IMG/VR virus record: IMGVR_UViG_3300032084_001260
Location: 1-46,975 of that record
Length of the DNA: 46,975 bases
Strand: one strand, 5' to 3'
From: a virus
Lineage: Duplodnaviria; Caudoviricetes
This document shows, piece after piece, positions 18,830-28,381 of this stretch. Under the pieces are notes generated by a model, which had not been told where the DNA came from, ran no database searches, and worked only from the letters and a program-made list of their open reading frames with translations. The position numbers and the translations under genes were made by a program. The stretch's first letter is position 1. Each line of letters opens with the position of its first letter.

Positions 18830-21058
18830 TCACAACCAAACTACATCAGACAGGCCATTTAGAGAATTTTGCAGAGGCATATAATCCCAATTCATAACTT
18901 CGTAATAGGGAATTACCTTTTCCAATACAAACTTTCTTGCTAATTGTTTGAATCCCACTTTAGCAATACCTTCTATTTCAGATGGGTCGTCAAATGCTAT
19001 GTATTCGCCATGCTCGTCTAAAGTGCAGAGGAAGTAGTCGTCTTTGCGATAACCTTTACCCAAATTGTCATTAGCCCATTTAGCACCTGCTCTGGCCTCT
19101 GATAAGACGGCATATTTATGCAAATCGTTGCTAAGTTTTGCTTTGATAGTTAAATCTGCAACGGGGATTCTCTCGGCAATAACATCTTCAATTAAGTTAG
19201 CCAAAGCATCGGTAGTTTCCTTTTCACCCACGCCTTTTAAGATATTATCAATGACTATACCCATAGCGTTTTTCATAGCCTTTGGTAATCTACTTTGCTT
19301 CATCTCGATTCCTTTGACATACCTCTCGGCCTCATGATATTCCCCATCAGTCCAAGAAACAAGACCTGCGTAGCGGTTCTTAGCCATAACAAGGAAGGAT
19401 TCAGACCATTTCTCAAATTCTGTAATGATAGGTTTCATCTTATCATTTATTATTCGCAGAGCATTGAGACCCTTCTCTGGGTCTGGCACTTCTGCCATAA
19501 TAGAATCAGTATGTCCGTATACTACTCTGAAACCTAAATCTTCCGCATGGTCTCTTAATTCACCCAGAGTCTTTCTCGATGTGTATGTGATAGCATCTGC
19601 GATTTTAGGGTGATACATACCAAACTTAGCATCTCCCGCTACACCATACATAGAGGCTACGAGAGACTTAGTTGCGTATTGCAGAGCATCATACCTCTTA
19701 GCCTCTTCTTCTGTCTTTGCTTGTGCTTTCTTTGCTTTGTATTTGTTTCGCAATTCAGTCATGTAGTCCATCTGTCTACCGAGAAGACCACTCTTAGACA
19801 TATCAAAACATGTGCCATTACCGCAATCTTCCCCCTCTTCATATAAAGTAGTCCAGCAGATATTGTATTTCTTGACATTACTATGATACATGGCCTTTAC
19901 ATCAAAGATACCTATGTTGCGATACACTCCGGCATTAGGAGTCATAATATCCGCACCTTCGTATTCTACTTTATCGAATTGCGCTCTGCTTGGTATCTTC
20001 AAATCAAACTCTTCATCTCTCATGCAGAGAATAGCAAACATCTTGGTGATAAAGGGAGTAGAGCGAATATCGCACTGAACGATATGTTGCAGAGCAGTAA
20101 AGTAGCCGAGAACATCAACCAAATCATTTAACTTCGGTAGTAATGCTACATCTTGCCTTGCATAATCAAGGTAAGTGCCAAAGTCTGTGTAGTATGTATC
20201 GTGTCCGTCTTTTAGAGGAACCTTTTCTTCACCGAGACAGTGATTAGATACTGCGTCAAGAGACATAGCAGGTAGTTGTCCGTTCTTCAAAGTCCATAGT
20301 TTCTTGAAACCTATCATCAAATCTATAACATTCCTACCTACAATGGGTTGTTCCCAATCACCAAAACGCCACCTAACTCTATTCATAGGGGATAGTATGC
20401 CTGCCTTGATATTATTGTGTCTCATACGAGTAAGAAGTTGTTTACAGTCAGCGTTTGTGACATTCCAACCTGTGATTATGTCTGGGTCGTGAGCCTTCAT
20501 AAGATTAGCAACATCTAACAACATCTCTCTCTCGTCTGAACAACATTTGAATCTTCTATCCCCTTTATCGCAAGAGGTATTTCCGTATGGATGGTCTTTG
20601 CACGGTATACTATCGTAATAACCGGCTTCATAGTCTGCATGTGTAAACCAGACAAACTCGCCTTTCTGCGAATCTCTAACTACTACTATTGTTATTTCGC
20701 CAGACTCTATTTTCCACTCCATATCAATATACCAGACTCTATGCTCGTAGTTATCGAAGAATTGACCGCTATCAGCAAGAACCTTATTCTCCCATTTGAT
20801 ATTATTCTCCCATGTCTCCATGTTATCCGCTATCTGTTTCATATCCTCTGTGGAGTAGAAACTCTGCTTGATTAAATCCTCTCCGTAGAGACCTGTGAAA
20901 CCTTCTTCTTTAGCACATGCTATGCCTATGTCCTTATCGCCCTTTTTGGTGTATAAGTAAGGCAACATGTCCTTACCGAGAACGGCTCTTTTCCTGTTGC
21001 CTTCTTCATCTCTGTAAAAGACATTTACGGAGTTTCCTCTACCCCTCTCTACTATCAT
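18830..21058 (-). CDS. polB: family B DNA polymerase
   Basis: Exo motifs DME, GWN..NAD, YARQD; polymerase motifs DVKAMYHS, KSLVASMYG, YGHTDS, KNRYAG, KGIE. Confidence 0.95.
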   Translation of the reverse strand: MIVERGRGNSVNVFYRDEEGNRKRAVLGKDMLPYLYTKKGDKDIGIACAKEEGFTGLYGEDLIKQSFYSTEDMKQIADNMETWENNIKWENKVLADSGQFFDNYEHRVWYIDMEWKIESGEITIVVVRDSQKGEFVWFTHADYEAGYYDSIPCKDHPYGNTSCDKGDRRFKCCSDEREMLLDVANLMKAHDPDIITGWNVTNADCKQLLTRMRHNNIKAGILSPMNRVRWRFGDWEQPIVGRNVIDLMIGFKKLWTLKNGQLPAMSLDAVSNHCLGEEKVPLKDGHDTYYTDFGTYLDYARQDVALLPKLNDLVDVLGYFTALQHIVQCDIRSTPFITKMFAILCMRDEEFDLKIPSRAQFDKVEYEGADIMTPNAGVYRNIGIFDVKAMYHSNVKKYNICWTTLYEEGEDCGNGTCFDMSKSGLLGRQMDYMTELRNKYKAKKAQAKTEEEAKRYDALQYATKSLVASMYGVAGDAKFGMYHPKIADAITYTSRKTLGELRDHAEDLGFRVVYGHTDSIMAEVPDPEKGLNALRIINDKMKPIITEFEKWSESFLVMAKNRYAGLVSWTDGEYHEAERYVKGIEMKQSRLPKAMKNAMGIVIDNILKGVGEKETTDALANLIEDVIAERIPVADLTIKAKLSNDLHKYAVLSEARAGAKWANDNLGKGYRKDDYFLCTLDEHGEYIAFDDPSEIEGIAKVGFKQLARKFVLEKVIPYYEVMNWDYMPLQNSLNGLSDVVWL

Positions 21059-21070
21059 GCAGAGAGATAC

Positions 21071-21244
21071 TTACCGAGTCAATATAAATCCTCTGATGCC
21101 TATACCATGAGACTCAAGGCAATCCATAACAAACATAGGGGAGACTGAATACCTCTTTGCTATTAACGAAATTGTGCTTTTGACATACTGTTCTTCAAGC
21201 CATTTCTTATCTCTGAATCGTGTTAATTTATCATCTATTTCCAT
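21071..21244 (-). CDS. small HTH DNA-binding protein (57 aa)
   Basis: FRDKKWLEEQYVKSTISLIAKRYSVSPMFVMDCLESHGIGIR fits an HTH pattern; not in the ORF track. Confidence 0.7.
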   Translation of the reverse strand: MEIDDKLTRFRDKKWLEEQYVKSTISLIAKRYSVSPMFVMDCLESHGIGIRGFILTR

Positions 21245-21274
21245 AGATTTTACGATGTTCTCTATGACCTTTAA

Positions 21275-22072
21275 TCATACCCATTCCAACGCATTTGTGT
21301 TTGGAATATCTTTAAGTCTCGCTCTCATTCGCTCGCAAGATTCGGAGTATAACTCTACCATAGTCGAGTTCCTACCTAATAATTCGCAAGCGATTGCTGT
21401 TGTCCCAGAACCTGCGAAAGGGTCTAAGACCCAATCATCTTCATCGGTGCTTGCTAAAATACATTTACTTGGTAATTCAAGTGGGAAGGGTGCTTCGTGT
21501 CCGTTGCTTGCTGGGGTCATATCCCAGACAGTGAAAAGATTATTCGCATTATAGTGATAGTCTGGGGATTTCGTTAGCATAAATATCTGTTCGTGTTTAG
21601 GTATAGGTCTCTTGATATAAGCCTCCGGTTGAGGATATGATTTGCTTTTATTCCATATTATCTCACTTCGCAATATCCAACCATCGGCTTGTAAAGCAAG
21701 AGCCAATCTCCAACCTACACCTATGAGATTCTTTTTAGCAAGACCTTCAACATTCCTCGCACCCCACTTATTCTTAGAGTCTTTCCTACCGCCTTCTTTG
21801 TAGTCAGAACCTGCGCCACCAGAGCCATTATATGAATCGCCTATGTTAAGCCATAATGTGCCATCATCTGTTAGATGTTCTCGCACTTTGCGACATACCT
21901 CGACCATACTTTCTATGTATTCGTCTAAGGTCTGCCCTCGACCTATTTCATCATCGTCTTCCCCATAAGTCCTCATACCATAGTAAGGCGGGGAAGTGAT
22001 ACAAGACCTATACTTTCTATCTCCCAAATCTGCTTTGAGGAAATCAGAACATATAATGTCGTGCTTCATCAC
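21275..22072 (-). CDS. beta-class DNA methyltransferase, probably N4-cytosine
   Basis: TSPPY catalytic motif N-terminal, DPFAGSGTT SAM motif C-terminal. Confidence 0.92.
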   Translation of the reverse strand: MMKHDIICSDFLKADLGDRKYRSCITSPPYYGMRTYGEDDDEIGRGQTLDEYIESMVEVCRKVREHLTDDGTLWLNIGDSYNGSGGAGSDYKEGGRKDSKNKWGARNVEGLAKKNLIGVGWRLALALQADGWILRSEIIWNKSKSYPQPEAYIKRPIPKHEQIFMLTKSPDYHYNANNLFTVWDMTPASNGHEAPFPLELPSKCILASTDEDDWVLDPFAGSGTTAIACELLGRNSTMVELYSESCERMRARLKDIPNTNALEWV

Positions 22073-22434
22073 TTAATCCTCTTATACTCATAGGTATATG
22101 AATTGATTGGTATTCTCTGTATGTAGCCCCACTTTGCGAGAAGCATTAGGATTCTCGATACCATACGGGTGTGTATTCTGGCATTAGGTCTACAATACTC
22201 ATTAGCAAGATTAGCAATATATTCTGCCGTGAGAACCTGCCCCACTTCCATATCTTTCAGAACCGCATACATAACTACTATTTTTCTATGCAGTTTGGTG
22301 ATAGACATAACAGAACCCATATGACTCATAGTCCATTCTATTTCAGAAGTGGGGAGTTTTATACCCCTACTCGCAATATTCTGAATCCTATGGTCGGGTT
22401 GTTCTTCTACCCACTTTGCTAAATCTACACTCAT
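22069..22434 (-). CDS. winged-helix protein
   Basis: LTAEYIANL...TRMVSRILMLLAKWGYIQRI...YEY. Confidence 0.6.
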   Translation of the reverse strand: MSVDLAKWVEEQPDHRIQNIASRGIKLPTSEIEWTMSHMGSVMSITKLHRKIVVMYAVLKDMEVGQVLTAEYIANLANEYCRPNARIHTRMVSRILMLLAKWGYIQRIPINSYTYEYKRIK

Positions 22435-23243
22435 ACTACTCCTCTTTGGAATATAACATTGTTTTCCATGTCTACTAAGACCATAGAATAACCTTGCGAT
22501 TCTTCTGTGAAATCTAAGAAATAGACATTTATCAGAGCATCAGTTAGGCAATTCTCTAAACCACCCTCAAACTCAAATTCAAAAGGCTCTGCCTCATCCT
22601 CTGTGCTTGCTAAACAAGTCTCTGTTTTACCTAATAGAATATTACCAGACTCGATGTATAGACGCTTGTCAGAATCCCACCTTAACAAACACCTATTTAC
22701 TTTCTGCCCGTTTACATTACCTGCATCAATAGCATTCTTCAATTCAGAGCCGGAAATCTGCAAATCAAGAAATGACTTTCTTTCAGTGCCGTCTCGCATT
22801 GTATAAGAACCTGTAAGTGGATTAATAGAGGCTATTCTATCAACTGATTCTGTATACCATTCACTAACTGTTTTCTTTGTATGCGGGAACGCTAAAGCCC
22901 TTGAATCAGCCGAAAGAGTAGTCTGTTTGCCTGTTGATTTGACAACTATTTTATCTTCTTTAGATTCTAAAGTAATAACGCCAGAATGAGGTCTTAGAAC
23001 ACCTAACATTTTCTCAATGTCCGGTATAATGTATTCTTGGTCGTCTGCCTCATTTGCTAAACAGGAGAAGGTAGCGACACTTGATATTCCATCCCTTACT
23101 ATGTTAGTAGTGCATAACAAATTGTCTTCTAAAGCGTTAAGCACACAACCTTTCACTTGAGGTATGGGTTTACCATTGATATTGCATACTCTCTGTGTTT
23201 TCTTCAATAACTTCTCTAATTCTGCCTTACTTATCTTAAGCAT
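22431..23243 (-). CDS. DNA sliding clamp (PCNA/beta-clamp-like, divergent)
   Basis: 270 aa; repeated clamp-like starts (LKISKAELEKLL; LQISGSELKNAI); lies near RFC and PolB. Confidence 0.6.
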   Translation of the reverse strand: MLKISKAELEKLLKKTQRVCNINGKPIPQVKGCVLNALEDNLLCTTNIVRDGISSVATFSCLANEADDQEYIIPDIEKMLGVLRPHSGVITLESKEDKIVVKSTGKQTTLSADSRALAFPHTKKTVSEWYTESVDRIASINPLTGSYTMRDGTERKSFLDLQISGSELKNAIDAGNVNGQKVNRCLLRWDSDKRLYIESGNILLGKTETCLASTEDEAEPFEFEFEGGLENCLTDALINVYFLDFTEESQGYSMVLVDMENNVIFQRGVV

Positions 23244-23258
23244 ATACTATACACCTTC

Positions 23259-23273
23259 CTATGTCCTTATTAA
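23259..23273 (-). promoter_or_regulatory. promoter TTAATAAGGACATAG
   Basis: TATA starts 30 bp above ATG 23243; core repeated at 25701 and 27754. Confidence 0.75.
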
Positions 23274-23491
23274 ACCACCGTGATATACGGATGCTTTTCT
23301 GCCATCTTTACACACATCTTACACGGCTCTTTTTCTTTGAAATTACCCCATTTATCAATAGGTTGCTCTGATGTATAGATACCGAAAGTATCTATTCCTT
23401 TACATATTAAGTATGATTTCCCAGAGACCCCTATGTCAACTGCGTAATGCCACTGTTTTTTGCGAGACGGGAATACCTGCCTAACTTTCAT
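23270..23491 (-). CDS. hypothetical protein with H..C...CxxC
   Basis: ORF track; coupled to the upstream ATPase. Confidence 0.6.
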   Translation of the reverse strand: MKVRQVFPSRKKQWHYAVDIGVSGKSYLICKGIDTFGIYTSEQPIDKWGNFKEKEPCKMCVKMAEKHPYITVV

Positions 23492-24425
23492 TGTCAGCAC
23501 CCCATTTCAAGAACGGCAGACCGAACCATTCAACATTACCATCAGATACTCGCAAAACAGTATGCGTAGTGCCTAAATGTTCTTGGTTCCACCCTTTCAT
23601 TTCTTCTATGGTTGCTCGAATTTCCCACTCGTTTTCATTCATCTGCGGGTCAGACTTAACTCCAGCCGCAACATCACCTTTCTTAGTATATCTTGCTAAG
23701 AAAATCTGTTGCGAAAATAATCTCATAGTTCCCTTTTCCCAATCGGGTTGCTCGCCTACTTTCATCAGACCTTTCTGTCCGTTTCCTATGTCTGCGAATT
23801 GCTTAACATCTTTCAGATGGTAAGTAAAGAATACTGCGTCAACAGGTAGTTGATGCGCTCTATTCATTACATCACGGAATAATTGATTGCGAATACGCCA
23901 CTCTGCTTGATTGAATTTGTCTCCATCTTCAACATTGATAGGATTCTTGCTACGATTCATCAGAACATCAGTCATAGCCAATTCGCACCACTTCAAGAAA
24001 GTGGAACCGCCGTCAATAATAACAGCACCTATCTCTCCATTCTTTGCTTCTTCTCCAATCAACTTGATGAAATATCCCATCTTATCAATAAGAGCAGTCC
24101 AATTTGTAGAATTATCTTCATTGAAGATAAAAGAATCAGTTTCGTCAAACAGAGGAACAACTTTTATGTTGTGGTCGTGTGGATAATTACACGAGACTGT
24201 CTGAATCGCAGAGTTATCAACATCTATAATGACGATTTGCTTGTCTGTTCTTGCTCTGGCAATATCAACCGCCAGACCTGTCTTAGCGCAGTTTTCTTTT
24301 GCGACAAGAGCCATTCTGATAGGATTATCAGAAACTCTTGGTCTTGAGAACAATTCTCTGAAATGTTCTATACCATACTTTGCGCCTTCTTCTTGCTTAC
24401 TCTCCTCTTTTGTTCCCCAACTCAT
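23481..24425 (-). CDS. RecA-superfamily (AAA_24/Sak4-like) ATPase
   Basis: Deviant Walker A AKENCAKT, IIDVD, Walker B VIIDGGS, EW..RN, FTYHLK. Confidence 0.7.
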   Translation of the reverse strand: MSWGTKEESKQEEGAKYGIEHFRELFSRPRVSDNPIRMALVAKENCAKTGLAVDIARARTDKQIVIIDVDNSAIQTVSCNYPHDHNIKVVPLFDETDSFIFNEDNSTNWTALIDKMGYFIKLIGEEAKNGEIGAVIIDGGSTFLKWCELAMTDVLMNRSKNPINVEDGDKFNQAEWRIRNQLFRDVMNRAHQLPVDAVFFTYHLKDVKQFADIGNGQKGLMKVGEQPDWEKGTMRLFSQQIFLARYTKKGDVAAGVKSDPQMNENEWEIRATIEEMKGWNQEHLGTTHTVLRVSDGNVEWFGLPFLKWGADNES

Positions 24426-24430
24426 CGTAA

Positions 24431-25654
24431 TCACTCCCAATCATCTAATTCAGTCTGGGAAGAAGAGTCAGTGTCCGTGAGGACACCGACTTCTTCAACA
24501 CAGAACCAACCTGTCGTTGCTAATTTACCGTCTCCGTCTCGACTCACATAAGGAGAACCGACTACGGCTACAACCGAACCAACACCGAATGAAACTTTAG
24601 AATCCTCTTCTTGCGATACATACAAGTCAAGAGGGGCTGAAAGAGAGGTCAAATCTAAATCAGATAGAGTTAGAATATAACCACCGCTTTCTCTTGGGTC
24701 AATGTGTGCAACTTCCATGACTACACATACAAGAGCATCCCACTTCTCTTTGTCGTCAAGACCATTGACATAGTCTTCGATAAAGTCAAGACCATCAAGC
24801 ATATGAATGTGGTCTGGAATTAAACCGGAACCATCAGACATAAGAGGGGCTTTAGGGAAGATACTCGCAAGGTTTGGGTCAAGAGTGTATTCGGAAACTC
24901 CAGCCTTTGTATACGCTACGCCATTCTTAGATAGATTAGCAGGTATCTGAAGAGGGGAGAAGGTAGGATAATTTACCTTTGCTAAATCTCCTCTGAATTT
25001 CATAGGTATCAGTTTTACTGCATCCCCACTACCCTGTTCTCTACCTAAGAAAAGACAAGTCCTCTCTAAATCAGAAGTTGCTCTTGCCTTTCCGTATGCG
25101 TAGTTAGGAGAACCCGAAGGGTATGTAGGCGAAGATTTGTTTTCGATACATACGAAATAACCTGTTCCGTCTCCAATATCTGTCGCTTGCTTAGGCAACT
25201 TGTCGCCAGACATTTCACCCAATTCTACTGCGAATGGAGTTTTGTTTGTAAGTGTAGGATTGTGAATAATCCTATATCCGCCTTGCGAATCATCGTGTAG
25301 ATACAATGTAATCAGACCTTGTGCTACAAGGTTCTTTCTGCCTTCTTCGTCTAAGGTCTTCAACATATTCTGATACTTTGTATAGAATACCTTACCCCAA
25401 TCTTTGTATCTTGGGCTACTCAAGAACATACCTTCTAACATAGTGCATCCACTACGGGATAGTCTCGCTTTCTCGGCTCTCATTTCAGCCGCCGCCATTC
25501 GCAGAGTTTTGTTTTCAACCTCTGCCTCTGATACGCCTGCCGCTACGAGTGACACAGCATGTGTGTCCTTAGCCTTCTTGTGTCGTGCGAGTAATTCATT
25601 CAATGAACAACCCACATTCTTTGCTACTCTTTCATACATCTCGCTACTTATCAT
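24431..25654 (-). CDS. putative OB-fold ssDNA-binding (RPA-like) protein
   Basis: C-terminal OB-like strand pattern (YILTLSD...FGVGSVVAVVG), acidic tail, located between RFC and the RecA-like ATPase. Confidence 0.55.
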   Translation of the reverse strand: MISSEMYERVAKNVGCSLNELLARHKKAKDTHAVSLVAAGVSEAEVENKTLRMAAAEMRAEKARLSRSGCTMLEGMFLSSPRYKDWGKVFYTKYQNMLKTLDEEGRKNLVAQGLITLYLHDDSQGGYRIIHNPTLTNKTPFAVELGEMSGDKLPKQATDIGDGTGYFVCIENKSSPTYPSGSPNYAYGKARATSDLERTCLFLGREQGSGDAVKLIPMKFRGDLAKVNYPTFSPLQIPANLSKNGVAYTKAGVSEYTLDPNLASIFPKAPLMSDGSGLIPDHIHMLDGLDFIEDYVNGLDDKEKWDALVCVVMEVAHIDPRESGGYILTLSDLDLTSLSAPLDLYVSQEEDSKVSFGVGSVVAVVGSPYVSRDGDGKLATTGWFCVEEVGVLTDTDSSSQTELDDWE

Positions 25655-25685
25655 CAGTTTTCACCTGCTTCATATTTCCGTTATA

Positions 25686-25701
25686 CCCATGTCCTTATTA
25701 A
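25686..25701 (-). promoter_or_regulatory. promoter TTAATAAGGACATGGG
   Basis: Repeat of the motif; overlaps the RFC stop codon. Confidence 0.75.
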
Positions 25702-26591
25702 TCCCTCGATGCCAACATACGACAGTAATCCCAACGGACTATCGTCTCATCACAACCTTGCAGTATGTCTCTTTCGCTGATAATAGAGGACTCTATAACA
25801 CGCATCTTTGCCTCTGCTGATGCGTCTGAATTGACAGCATAGTCGAAGACCTTTCGGATAACTACCCTCATAGGCATATCCTTAGTCAGACCTACTGCCA
25901 TGTCTATACTTCTTTCCTTTGCACATATGCGTAGGAAAGTCTTAGGATTGAAATCTGATACATCAAGACTTAGGACAAAGGAGTCTCTATCATGATGCGC
26001 TACTGTATTGTATGCTTGAAGGCAATTGATAGCATTTCGCAAATCGCCTCTGTGAGAATGTGCTATTGCTCTGATATGTTCATCGGGAACATAACAGTTT
26101 TCTTTGTTGGATATGTAAATTAGTTTCTCTATAATCGCATCTATCTCTATCTCTTTGAAATGACGGAGTTGGCATCTCGATTGTAGGAAAGGAGTGACTT
26201 TGCTAATATCATTACAAGTCAGAACAAAATAGCAAGTTGCGTTTTCGATAACACCTTTAAGTGCGTCTTGAGCCTGTAAAGTAAGTCTATCTGCCTCATC
26301 TAATAAGATGATGGTCTCCCACATACCACTCTGCGACATAGGGATGATTTCTTCTTCGATAAACTCTATACCTCTGGTTCTTTTGCTACTTGCATTGTAG
26401 ATATGCAAATTGAAATTAAGATGCCTTGCTAATAGATATGCGATTGAAGTCTTTCCTGTGCCTGCACCAACGCTATGTAGGAGGAAATGGTTCATATTCT
26501 CCTTTGTAATATTCATCATCTCTGATACTATTATGTCTTGACCCACGACTTCTTCAAATGTCTTAGGTCTATACTTCTCGCACCAAATCAT
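25698..26591 (-). CDS. rfcS: replication factor C small subunit (clamp loader)
   Basis: WCEKYRP...VVGQ, GTGKTS, NAS..RGI, LLDEAD, SRC, GDLR.AIN. Confidence 0.95.
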   Translation of the reverse strand: MIWCEKYRPKTFEEVVGQDIIVSEMMNITKENMNHFLLHSVGAGTGKTSIAYLLARHLNFNLHIYNASSKRTRGIEFIEEEIIPMSQSGMWETIILLDEADRLTLQAQDALKGVIENATCYFVLTCNDISKVTPFLQSRCQLRHFKEIEIDAIIEKLIYISNKENCYVPDEHIRAIAHSHRGDLRNAINCLQAYNTVAHHDRDSFVLSLDVSDFNPKTFLRICAKERSIDMAVGLTKDMPMRVVIRKVFDYAVNSDASAEAKMRVIESSIISERDILQGCDETIVRWDYCRMLASRD

Positions 26592-26770
26592 CTCATCATC
26601 TCCCTCATCTCTCTCATGTGTAGGGCATACATATCTTCATCATAAATCTGTTGGCACTCAAGACACAAGGTCATAGAAGTCTTTGCTATACTATCTTTAC
26701 AGATTTCGCAGAGAGGTATTCCTTCTTTTTTGAGCATCCTCTTTACAAGAAATCTACTTATTCTCTTCAT
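26588..26770 (-). CDS. small zinc-finger protein
   Basis: CEIC...CLEC; ATGA coupling. Confidence 0.65.
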   Translation of the reverse strand: MKRISRFLVKRMLKKEGIPLCEICKDSIAKTSMTLCLECQQIYDEDMYALHMREMREMMR

Positions 26771-26865
26771 TCTTCTTCAACCCCATCGTAGTCTTTACAC
26801 AATAAACACATGTAAAATCCGCCCATATCTGTTGCCTCTACCTCACAGAATTTACAGACCATCAT
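26767..26865 (-). CDS. zinc-ribbon microprotein (32 aa)
   Basis: MMVCKFCEVEATDMGGFYMCLLCKDYDGVEEE*; ATGA overlaps at both ends. Confidence 0.65.
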   Translation of the reverse strand: MMVCKFCEVEATDMGGFYMCLLCKDYDGVEEE

Positions 26866-27461
26866 TCTTCCTCACCCCATGTCTTTAGGAAATCGTCAAC
26901 TAAAGGCGCAAGTCTTCTATACATACCGAGAGGAGTCATACCCGTAGTATCAAAGAATACACTCTGATGAGCGTATTTTGTTCTTGAAAGTATTTCATCA
27001 ACAGGTTCTAACTGCTCGCTTATGTGTGCAAACCCCGAAGCACCACGATTGATTAAGGTCTGCTGATTTGCGTCTAAGCGTATTACCATACCACCCATGT
27101 TAAGTATGTGCAAGGCTTCGTTAGAATGTCTCACATCATCAATAATAGCAACATCATAACCCTGTCTGTCGGCATACTTCTGCAATCTCTCAACCCAATA
27201 GTCAGGATTAAGTAATGCTCTGCGACTTTGACCCCACGCTTGAAGAAGAGGTCTCGTCAATGTCTTATCCTGTTCTTCTAACAAATCCCATAGGAAACGA
27301 GCCTCACGCTTCTGTTGTTTGTGGAAGAATGCCTGCGATACTTCTTCTCTAAGACTTTCTGCAAAGGATAGGATAGGTAATCCAAATCTCTGTGCAAGTA
27401 AAGTCGCAAGAGTAGATTTACCGGATTTCATATTTCCGCATATGCCTATGTATAATGTCAT
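26862..27461 (-). CDS. deoxynucleoside monophosphate kinase
   Basis: GICGNMKSGKST, SFAESLR, RPLLQAWG, YWV, IIDDVRHSNE, HISE; start trimmed to ATG 27461. Confidence 0.88.
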   Translation of the reverse strand: MTLYIGICGNMKSGKSTLATLLAQRFGLPILSFAESLREEVSQAFFHKQQKREARFLWDLLEEQDKTLTRPLLQAWGQSRRALLNPDYWVERLQKYADRQGYDVAIIDDVRHSNEALHILNMGGMVIRLDANQQTLINRGASGFAHISEQLEPVDEILSRTKYAHQSVFFDTTGMTPLGMYRRLAPLVDDFLKTWGEEE

Positions 27462-27724
27462 AGCCACACCCCCTTGCGGGAGTGAGAGACGGAACGCTTT
27501 GCGCTCTGCTTCACCGTCTTCCCACCCCCTGCGGAGGTTTTCCCATATCCCTGTATACCTTCTGGGAAGCAGTCGGCACAGAGAGGTAGTGAGTTTGCTT
27601 CTTTGTCTGTAATCTCGCCCATATCGTGTATAGGCGCACCGCAATAATACTTACCTCCTTCGGAAGTAAGGTGCGATTCGTTGTTATTCCTATGGAGTCT
27701 CCATTCCGCTTTGATTCTCACCAT
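27458..27724 (-). CDS. hypothetical protein with H..C...CxxC
   Basis: ORF track; start 30 bp below the TATA motif. Confidence 0.7.
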   Translation of the reverse strand: MVRIKAEWRLHRNNNESHLTSEGGKYYCGAPIHDMGEITDKEANSLPLCADCFPEGIQGYGKTSAGGGKTVKQSAKRSVSHSRKGVWL

Positions 27725-27738
27725 ATTAGTGAGTAAAC

Positions 27739-27754
27739 CCCATGTCCTTATTAA
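27739..27754 (-). promoter_or_regulatory. promoter TTAATAAGGACATGGG
   Basis: Identical to the 25686-25701 copy; 30 bp above ATG 27724. Confidence 0.75.
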
Positions 27755-28164
27755 TCAGACGGTTTCCTCTGACATATCAGACATTCAGACCAACCTTCTT
27801 CTATCAGTCTCATCTGTTTACAACCCAGACACATAACCGCATTCTTCTTTTCTGCGACAGTCATACTCGAATAAGGTCTTGTGAATACTAAATCTTCTTT
27901 GTCTCTGATGATTGAATCATCAATCGCATAGACAGAATTGATAGTCATTGTGCCATCCCCAACATCAACTTTATCTGTTCCTGTCTGTATAATCTGTATG
28001 TTTTTAGCAAGCATAGCAGAGAGGCTTGCATCAGAAGGCATTACTCTGAAATTACCTTCTTCTAAAAGAATACTCGCAACGGCAGAACGGGTCATTTCAC
28101 CCTTCTCGAAGAGGATTTCTGCAATCCTTCTTCTTATTCTGGCGTTTGCGTTGTTTTTAGCCAC
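27751..28164 (-). CDS. winged-helix plus zinc-ribbon protein
   Basis: IAEILFEKGEMT...PSDASLSAMLAKN; C-terminal CLGC...CLIC. Confidence 0.65.
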   Translation of the reverse strand: MAKNNANARIRRRIAEILFEKGEMTRSAVASILLEEGNFRVMPSDASLSAMLAKNIQIIQTGTDKVDVGDGTMTINSVYAIDDSIIRDKEDLVFTRPYSSMTVAEKKNAVMCLGCKQMRLIEEGWSECLICQRKPSD

Positions 28165-28192
28165 ATACTGCCCTTGACTTTGCGATATTTAA

Positions 28193-28381
28193 CTACTCGT
28201 CTAACATACCTATGTAAGCCACCGATAAATCGCCAGAACCTTCTGAATATTTAGCATTAGAAAAGTATCTACTTTTACGATTAAACATTATCCTAAACAG
28301 TCTACCGATGATTTCATTTCTAAAAGGCATTAGCAAAAAAAGCCACATCAGTATCAGACAACCTTCAAATGTCAGAGCCAT
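28193..28381 (-). CDS. small membrane protein
   Basis: Hydrophobic N-terminus LILMWLFLLMPF; GGTGGT RBS. Confidence 0.5.
   Translation of the reverse strand: MALTFEGCLILMWLFLLMPFRNEIIGRLFRIMFNRKSRYFSNAKYSEGSGDLSVAYIGMLDE

Noticed and set aside
27462-27644. N-terminal extension of the dNMP kinase ORF
   Set aside because: Overlaps the 27458-27724 gene; the P-loop domain begins at the coupled ATG 27461
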